Assembly (NCBI GenBank): GCA_951406725.2
Contig: OX597824.1
Coordinates: 35,464,001-35,528,000, forward strand
Length of the DNA: 64,000 nt
Reading direction: 5' to 3'
Origin: Octopus vulgaris
Taxonomy: Eukaryota
Positions within the stretch are counted from its first letter, which is position 1. Each line of letters starts with the position of its first letter. Positions 55,141 to 64,000 of this stretch are shown here, one piece after another. The notes under the pieces were generated by a model, which did not search any database, was not told where the DNA came from, and saw only the letters and a program-made list of their open reading frames with translations. The translations under genes were made by a program, and so were the position numbers.

Positions 55141-55504
55141 ATATATATATATATATATGTGTGTATGTGTGTGTGTGTGTGTGTGTATGTGTGTATGTGT
55201 GTTTATTTATTCGTATACGTATAGCCAAACATATATGTTATATTAATGTATTTTGAGTTACGATTTGAATCCATAGATTATACAAATTATTTTCATCCAA
55301 AGATCATCATACATTTATCTTGAAATTTTATATATATATATATATGTTTGTGTGTGTGTGTGTATATATGCATGTATGTATTTACGCATATGTATATATG
55401 CATGTATACATATGTATTTAGCTATTATATGTATATACATGTTTGTGTATGTACATATATGTACATATATACAATGCATGTATTTACATATACACATCAT
55501 AGAT

Positions 55505-55558
<54 letters not shown>

Positions 55559-55596
55559 CTATCTATAGATAAATAGAGACGTAGCTAGATAGACAA

Positions 55597-55682
<86 letters not shown>

Positions 55683-55759
55683 CTATATTTATATATCTCA
55701 ACAGATATAAGTGCATGTGTTTGTGTGTGTATGTGTGTGCATGCATATACACATGTATA

Positions 55760-55846
<87 letters not shown>

Positions 55847-56256
55847 GGGAATACATACAGGCATATATACATACACACATTCACACAAACACAGACATGT
55901 GCCCTGAGTGGCAGTGAAACTGTTTTCTTTATAAATATTTATTAACGTTCAGAATCTCCCATACGTTCTTATAAATCTATGTACAACATGTCCTTATGTA
56001 TGATTTGTTAAAACTATTATTTCTATTATATCACTATTATACACTCACATAGTTTATATACATTATTTCTATCACACGACTGCATTCAAATCCTCAAAGT
56101 AATATTTAGCATTTAATCCCCTTTGTTTTAAAATGAAAAATTACAAACTGTTGTGTCTGTATGTGTCTTTGCCAAAATATTTTTGTTGGCTGGGAATAGT
56201 TTTTAAATCATGCTTCATATTTGCTGTGGAATTTATAGCAGCACAGACAGACACGC

Positions 56257-56365
<109 letters not shown>

Positions 56366-56644
56366 CGCATACATATATGCATACATACATACACACATTC
56401 ACATATACAACATGCATACGTACGTGCACGCATACATACAGACAAGCAAACAGGTAGACAGACAGGCAGGCAGATAGACAAACAGACAGACAAACAGATA
56501 GACAAACAGACAGACAAACAGACAGACATAGGTATATATCTCTGTTGTTTATGTTACGTATATATCATGATTTAGAAATAAAAGCTAGTCATATACAACA
56601 GAATATGGAGAACAAGTTTATGTATAATGTATATATAATATGCA

Positions 56645-56681
<37 letters not shown>

Positions 56682-56755
56682 TATATATCTATATATCTAT
56701 ATATAGTGTATAACTATGAATGTATGCTCACACACACATACATACACACACATAC

Positions 56756-56801
<46 letters not shown>

Positions 56802-58789
56802 CATATCTTTACGGACAACTACTCACACAGACACAGACACATACACACACACAGACACACACACACACAGACACACACACTGATACGTATACACCTACAA
56901 ATATGTAGTAGATATAAATAAGTCTTCATTTTCATGTTTATCTCTCTGAACCAATGCACATCAAAGCTATTTTTTTTTTGTTTCCGTCGAAATATTTATT
57001 GATATCTTTATAGAATCTTGATATATATTGGATAAAGTTTCTAAATATACTACTGTGTGCCTATGAATGTTTCAATGTGCGTGCATGTGTGTCTGTGTGT
57101 ATGTTTGTGTGTGTGTGTGGACGTGTGTCCGTGTCTGTGTCACTGTGTACGCACGTGCGTGTATGTATTAATGATTGTCTCACGAAGTTATATAATTTAT
57201 ATTTTTTTTTTTAAATTTGCCCTCAGTGCTAAATCATTTGGTATATATGGATAATGGCTGTATCGTCGGAGACGTTATGATACGATCAAGAATAATATTG
57301 ATGATAAGGAGATAAGGACCACAGATGTCAGTTTTCTATCTGGGAGAAACATCTATGTGGGTACGGATAAATAAATTAGTTGTGTGCGCGCGCGTGCGTG
57401 TGTGAGTGTTTGTAAATAAATGTGTGTACATATATATATATGTATATATAGTTAGCTAGATAGATAGATATAGAGAGAGAGACACACACATATATATATG
57501 TATAAACATATATGCAATTTATTCATGTATATGTATGTACATGTATATATATATATATATATGTATGTATATATGTATATATATATATATATGTATATAT
57601 GTATATGTATATATATATATATGCAATTTGTGCACAAGTAAGCCTCACACACGTGTATACACACACAGACACATATGTGTGTGTGTGTGTATGTATATAT
57701 ATACATTTATGCATATAACCATATATATATATATATGCAATTTATTTATATCTAAATGTACTTATACATATATATATATATATATATACACATACACATT
57801 TACACACACATATACACATATTCTTAGATAACGCATACATAACTACATTTCTATATTTCTATCACACAACTGCATTCAAATATACTACACACGCGTGTAT
57901 ACACGTATGCATTTCGATATGCATATTGTTAAATGTTAAATGTATTGTAGAGTGTAGGGTGTAACAGTGATGAAGTCGTTGGTGACAAACAGTTTGGTCT
58001 GTTATGGAAAGGTCATCTGTTGATGAAGTATATTAGTTAATAATTATTGAGTTGTATAAAGTCATGGAAGACGAGAGGAACAAGAAACGATTGTAGTAAT
58101 AACAAAGGCGATTAAAAAACTTGTAATAACAATTAACGACGAGATTAGAGATTATTATTACTTATATTAATGATAATAATTTTTGGTACAGACCAATAGT
58201 TTTGAGTAAAGGGGCAGGTCGATTATATTAACCCCAGTACTTGATTGGTATCGATCCCGAAAAGTAATAATTATTTTTGCTTGAAATTTAGCATGAGCAT
58301 TTTTATGGTGTAAATCGATTATTTCGACCTCGATAGTTGATTGGCACCTTATTTTACCGGTCCTGGGAGGATGTAAACAATTTTGATCTAACTGGGATTT
58401 GAACTCAGAACGTAAAGACTTATAATAAATACTTGCAAATAATTTTTTCCAATAGTCTAGCAACTGTCACCAACATCGGTATGGAATTTAAGGAATTGGC
58501 TCATCGATTGTAACAACAGCACTACATGTCTGCTACTTTATTTTATGGACCCTTATAGGAGGAGAGGTAAAAAGGACCCCATCGAGATTTGAACTTGGAA
58601 CAGAAAGAGTTGCAAGAAATGCCTCAAGGTTCTAACAACGATTTTGCTAATCCATCGCACTTTCATCATAGGCCACAACGGCCTTTGCTTACAGTACAAA
58701 ATGTGTCATACATAAAATTTTTACAAGCCATTTGGGGATGTACGCATGTATATGTATAATATATGTGAGACAAAAATATTATAGAAATA

Positions 58790-59192
58790 TTTAATTCTTT
58801 ATTGCCCACAGGGGGTTAAACATAGAGGAGACAAACAAGGACAAAGAGATTAAGTCGATTACATCGACCCATAGTGCGTAACTGGTACTTATTTAATCGA
58901 ATCCGAAAGGATGAAAGGCAAAGTCGGCCTCGGCGGAATTTGAACTCACAACATAACGGCAGACGAAATACCCATTTCTTTACTACCCGCAAGGGGATAA
59001 ATACAGAGAGGACAAACAAGGACAGACAAAGGAATTAAGTCGATTACATCGACCCCAGTGCGTAACTGGTACTTAATTTATCGACCCCGAAAGGACGAAA
59101 GGTATAGTCGACCTCGGTGGAATTTGAACTCACATCATAACGGCAGACGAAATACCGCTAAGCATTTCGCCGGCGTGCTACCGATTCTGCCA
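58790..59192 (-). mobile_element. SINE family A tandem dimer
   Basis: Junction GACGAAATAC|CCATTTCTTT at 58971/58972. Confidence 0.9.
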
Positions 59193-59239
59193 ACAGTTCT
59201 ACGAATAGTTCTTTGACTTTCCTCTCTTCCTTTTAACTT

Positions 59240-59990
59240 TGGGTGTTGCTATTCGAAGGATTGCCTGACAACACTTCAATGGGTGCCTTCCCTGGGTGTG
59301 CTCAGTCCAAGGCCATCTTGTTTGTATTCTATATCAATAAGGACCTACTAGATTTACTTCCAGAAGTCTAGATTTCCAGACGTAATTCGGCAGGAGTAAT
59401 GCAACTCGTGGCCTCACATCAACTTCAGTGTTGCCTCTTCGGCATAAATCACTTTCTGCAAACTGAATTATCTGAATTTACCCCTGAGTATCTTCGAACC
59501 ATGCAGCCTCACATATACAGTGGACAATGGTTGTTGGTTTTACCTACTGGCTATCCCTGCTGTGTACGATAATCATCATTCTTCATATTTTCAATCGGCA
59601 CATTAATCAACCATGTCCTTTCTCTTTAAGCTCATTTAGCATGTCCAACAAGTTTTTGTTAATATGAGGTTCCGACACCCCAGGAAAGTGGATGCCTCTT
59701 CATGAGGAACACTTGGCTTTTGAACTGGCTCACATTTTTGTATTGCTTCTTTCTTGTCTTCCCGTCGCCTCAGCATGATGTAGAAGTACTACTGCTGCTC
59801 TTAGTCCCTGGCGAGTTCTGTGCTCGAAAATAAATGTTGTAACTCAGCATCTCGGTCGACTCTTTTCTCCTTTTTTGTCTTTCTCCCCCGGGTTGAGGAC
59901 CTTCAAGTAGCCTTCACCACTACATGTGTAGGCAGTTTAAACCGTCTACTTTCCCTCGATAGTGTTTCACATATAGCCTTGTGATCTTTT
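59240..59990 (+). mobile_element. Possible highly degraded LINE RT remnant
   Basis: MGAFPGCAQSKAILFVFYINKDL at ~59279 weakly resembles the RT motif GVPQGxxLSPxLFxxYINDL; no further motif confidently recovered. Confidence 0.25.
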
Positions 59991-60015
59991 GGCGCCATTA
60001 GAATCTAAACGTCAA

Positions 60016-60250
60016 AGGCGGTGAGCTAGAAGAAACGTTAGCACGCCGGGCGAAATGTCTAGCGGCATTTCGTCTGCCGTTACGTTCTGAGTTCAAATTC
60101 CGCCGAGGTTGACTTTGCCTTTCATCCTTTCGGGGGTCGATAAATTAAGTACCAGTTACGCACTGGGGTCGATGTAATCGCCTTAATCCGTTTGTCTGTC
60201 CTTGTTTGTCCCCTCTATGTTTAGCTCCTTGTGGGCAATAAAAAAATAAG
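60016..60250 (+). mobile_element. SINE family A with target-site duplication
   Basis: Flanked by AGAATCTAAACGTCA on both sides (60000-60014 and 60249-60263). Confidence 0.92.
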
Positions 60251-61109
60251 AATCTAAACGTCATTATAGACCCCGCTCGACTATGTATCATTGCAGACAG
60301 CCTTCACATATATTGTCTACATGTATTATGCTGCAAAACTAATGACATGTCAATGATCAATGATATGTCTGGCCGGAACCCTCGTATTTATTCAACATTC
60401 ATACTGCTGCACTAATCTATGGACATTTGTGTGACGCACCATCTCTACCTGTTTCTTCGTTTTATTCTACATATTTAAAACCAGACACATACCTTTCCAT
60501 GCTCTGACTCGGTCGATGGCGCACATAGCTTGTCTCGTTTTTTCTTGTTTATTTTTTAAAATTTAATTTTCGAGATCTCAAGAATTTTGGGTCGTATTCC
60601 TTGTTGCCTTTTTTTTTATTGATTTTTTTTATTAGCATCCATCCCAAAGGTGACCCTTTAGCAAACCTAAATTAATTCCGGGAAAAGATCTCGTGCAATA
60701 AAAATTTTAGGTTTAGGATAAAAGATATTTTGAAACTCTTTACAAATGAAAAGAATTCCGCCAAAAATGGATCATTTTCCCATCGAATACTCTTTTTTTT
60801 TTCAAGACCTCCGTTATACCTCCGTTTTGAGCGTCTGTTCATGGCAATCGTCATCATCATCATCATCATCATCAACAGCAACAACAATAATCTCTAATTT
60901 AAGCACAAGACCAATGATTATGAGGGGATGGGATTAGTAGATACCATTGATTGATTGGTTCTCACTTTAATGATCCCTGAAGAATGAAATGCAAAGCTGA
61001 CAGCGGAATTTGAACTCGGAATGTAAGAAGCCAGGAAAAATACCGCTAAACAATTTTGTCTAACTCTCAAATGATGATGATGATGATGGTAGTGGTGGTG
61101 GTGGTGATT

Positions 61110-61145
<36 letters not shown>

Positions 61146-61169
61146 AATTTCACTTATTTCTCGTAAGGG

Positions 61170-61950
61170 CTCAGCTATTCACAAACTTATCACACAAAGT
61201 TTATAATACATAAAAACGAGAAGTGGATTAAAAACACTATACGATATAAGACATTTAAAATTTAGATGAAATCGCAAATAAGCAATAAATAGAAAGATAT
61301 AGATAAACATAAATAAAACTGAAATAGCGAAAAAGATAACATCCCCACACAAATGAGAAACTGCCATGCAGATCGAATCAGAACCCTGCATCATTTCACC
61401 GGCCTTCCATTCTTGGAACTGGAAACTAGCTCATCCTAAAATCCTTTTGAATATATTCTGTTACTCGAGGATTCCACATCCTGTGGTCTTGTCTTCAAGT
61501 GATTTTCGGCTATCGGTAATCTATCATATGAATGCTTTTTGAGTTCCATGCCCTTCTGAATCAATACAGTTCACTGATCTTTCCTTCGGTTCGCTTATGA
61601 AATCTATGAGTGTCGTTGGTGTCCCATGCAGCCGTGAATCACACAGTCGCATGGTCCTGAGAGCTTTCTCTGAAAGTCATACATACCTTCGGCATAATTT
61701 TTGTCTTTTGTGTTTTTTTGTGTCTTTTGTGTGCAGCGTGTGTGTATTGTTGTTGTTGTTGTTAAGCAATAAGATGGGTAAGGGTGATTAGGTGATGGTC
61801 TAGGGCTTTGGGGCAGGAGACCCCAGACCATGGAAAAAAAAACTTTGGTCGTCTTGTTGTAATCGAGAGCTCTTCGTTGACGTCCGACACCACTAAGAGG
61901 TGGCCCTCAAAGTCGCTGGAAATGGAGATCTCCAGGTCCAAATTCTTGGA
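61170..61950 (-). mobile_element. Possible L1/Tx1-like LINE remnants
   Basis: Minus strand SKNLDLEISISSDFEGHLLVV (APE-endonuclease-like) near 61890-61950, with a degraded segment and T-rich tail toward 61170; weak. Confidence 0.3.
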
Positions 61951-62309
61951 CGGCGTGTGTGTGTGTGTGTGTGTGTGTGTGTTTAATAAAATAAAACACG
62001 TAAGATTGTTTATAAGAGATATTTAGTTACACTATCTTTCGTTCGTTCCATTAATAATTGGAGATTATTAGTTACGTAATGTAAATTAGATTATCAAGAT
62101 GTACTGTCAAATCGTCAAAGACGTGTAACGTTTATATGTAGCAGTATTTGGACAGTAGAAATATTGATAGAAGTAACCATCGTAAAGATTACGTATGAAA
62201 GGTCACATGTCACTAATAATTTGACAATGTATATGTATGTACGTAAGTTAGAGGTGAAAATGCCTGAAAATTCATCATATGTATGTAATTATATATATAA
62301 CGGGAAGCT

Positions 62310-62487
62310 TTATGAAAATAGACAAAAGACGAAGGCAGGTTTTCGGAAATAAACAAAAGACGAAGGCAGGTGGAATACAAACAAACAATTGTATTAGTAT
62401 GGCGCTCAGGAATATAAATAAAACAAGTCTTTAACGTTTCGAGCCTACGCTCTTCAACAGAAAGATACACAGAGAAGAAACACAGAA
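62310..62487 (-). mobile_element. Penelope-like terminal segment with minimal HHR variant (62428-62465)
   Basis: Minus strand TCTTT CTGTTGA AGAGC GTAG GCTC GAAAC GTT AAAGA; homologous to 7236-7370. Confidence 0.7.
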
Positions 62488-64000
62488 TTATATATATATG
62501 TATGTGTTGTGTGTGTGTGTGTGTGTGTATGCCTTTCGTGACAATTTACTACTCCTCTTAGTATCTACTACTCCTCCTTATCGTCACAGGACAATAGGGT
62601 GGTATTACTGAGAAGACCTCTTGAATTGCTAGTCGTTGGTTCCACAAGACGAAACTATTTCTCTGATATCCTAAAAAGTGCGATAGGTGGAGCTCCCAAA
62701 TAGCAATTTATGGGTTTGTTGTTGTTGTAGTTGCTGCCTCTGTCGTTGTCCATCACTTTCTTTCTTTGCTTTTGCAGTTCCTTTTACCCGAAAGCCCTGA
62801 AGAGGTTCTCACCTTCAACATATATCTAACTAGGGCTTTCTACTGTGCACCACCTGCTTAATTGCTTTAATTTTTACTCCCATAGTGAAATACAGCTCCG
62901 TAAATACATTAGTAAGTATTGGAGGGGATCAGAACTTGCATGTCCATGCATGTCTTGTCCGTGCCGCGAAGTTGAAGAAAAGTGTAGGATCAGTAAGTAT
63001 CACAACCAAAATCTCTGATTGTGAACTTACTGCTTCGTTTTCTTATATACTGGGTATCACCTGAGAGCAAGTATGTGGTGTTCCAACACCGTTTGTCGCC
63101 TCTGTTTTCATTGCCTTAAAGACCAACGGCACTCGTTTATACATCCCAACATGTTAGGCTGTGCACACATTGACCAACGTTTCTTGTAACTTCCTTTAAG
63201 AAAAACAGAATTACGTTATTCTCTTACTTGTCATTTCCTCTAAGAATTTCTAGGGCATCCGTAAAACTATAGAATAGACCATCAAAAATTGCGAAGTTCC
63301 TTGTTTACAAAACGAAATTAAAAAAAAGGATTTTTATTTAGCAATTATATCTTGGTAAAATCTAACATTTTAATTGATCTCTCTCAAAGACGTCCACACA
63401 CGTCCACACACGTCCACTCACAGCAACAACGACAGCAAAAATAAATAATATAAATATATTCGCCATGTCACTATAGCTTCTATTAAACAAGAACTTGCAA
63501 CGTTCTGCAGTTACCACCCAAAAGCTGATGTAAACAGAATACAACCATCCCGTTCACAATGAAGGTGGGTCTGATACTTAGAAGCTAGTAAAATAACTTA
63601 AAGAAAACAAAACCATTTTTCTATGTATAAGAAAACAAGAAAATACACACTAGGAATTAAGGGTAACACAGCAAACGATATTAAAATACAAAACACAAAA
63701 TCAAAACGAATTCTAAAATGTAGTTAAGTAAAAATGGAGGGAAAACACTCCTTGGTCAATAACTTACGAGTCTAAACTGAGATGAAGCAAACCAGAGTGA
63801 ACGACAATAATGATCCGAAACACTCTGCTAAAATCAGAAACGAAAGGTTTGACATTATCTGCATAGAACCAGTGACAAGTCACAAACAACTACGGAAATA
63901 TAATAAAAAGATCAAGTGCAGGTAATGTAGTGAGTAGACTGAGACGACGGCCATATTTCTGGTAGTCTTCACCAAGTTAAAAGTGTATTGAGAGGCACAG

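Overview
This is a very AT-rich, microsatellite-saturated stretch of eukaryotic non-coding DNA. The SINE families and repeat landscape suggest a coleoid cephalopod, probably Octopus (inference). No intact host protein-coding gene can be supported, and nearly all ORF-track entries are translations of simple repeats or SINEs. The window holds one full-length but frameshifted mariner (D,D34D) transposon with perfect 37-bp TIRs, two mariner-derived MITEs, a hAT-type MITE and a Tc1-like remnant. It also has degraded LINE pieces (R4/Dong-like RLE, RTE-like, possibly L1/Tx1), dozens of copies of two tRNA-derived SINE families plus rarer ones, and several Penelope-like termini. The most notable signal is RNA-structural: about ten type I hammerhead-ribozyme (HHR) motifs. 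Eight are Penelope-type motifs with a palindromic helix III. The other two sit in a 330-bp, tandemly repeating, non-coding unit, are full-length Schistosoma-like HHRs with covarying stems, and mark a candidate retrozyme-like family. A unique, motif-rich island at about 50.7-51.5 kb may be a promoter or enhancer. Coordinates of degraded elements are approximate and were read by eye.
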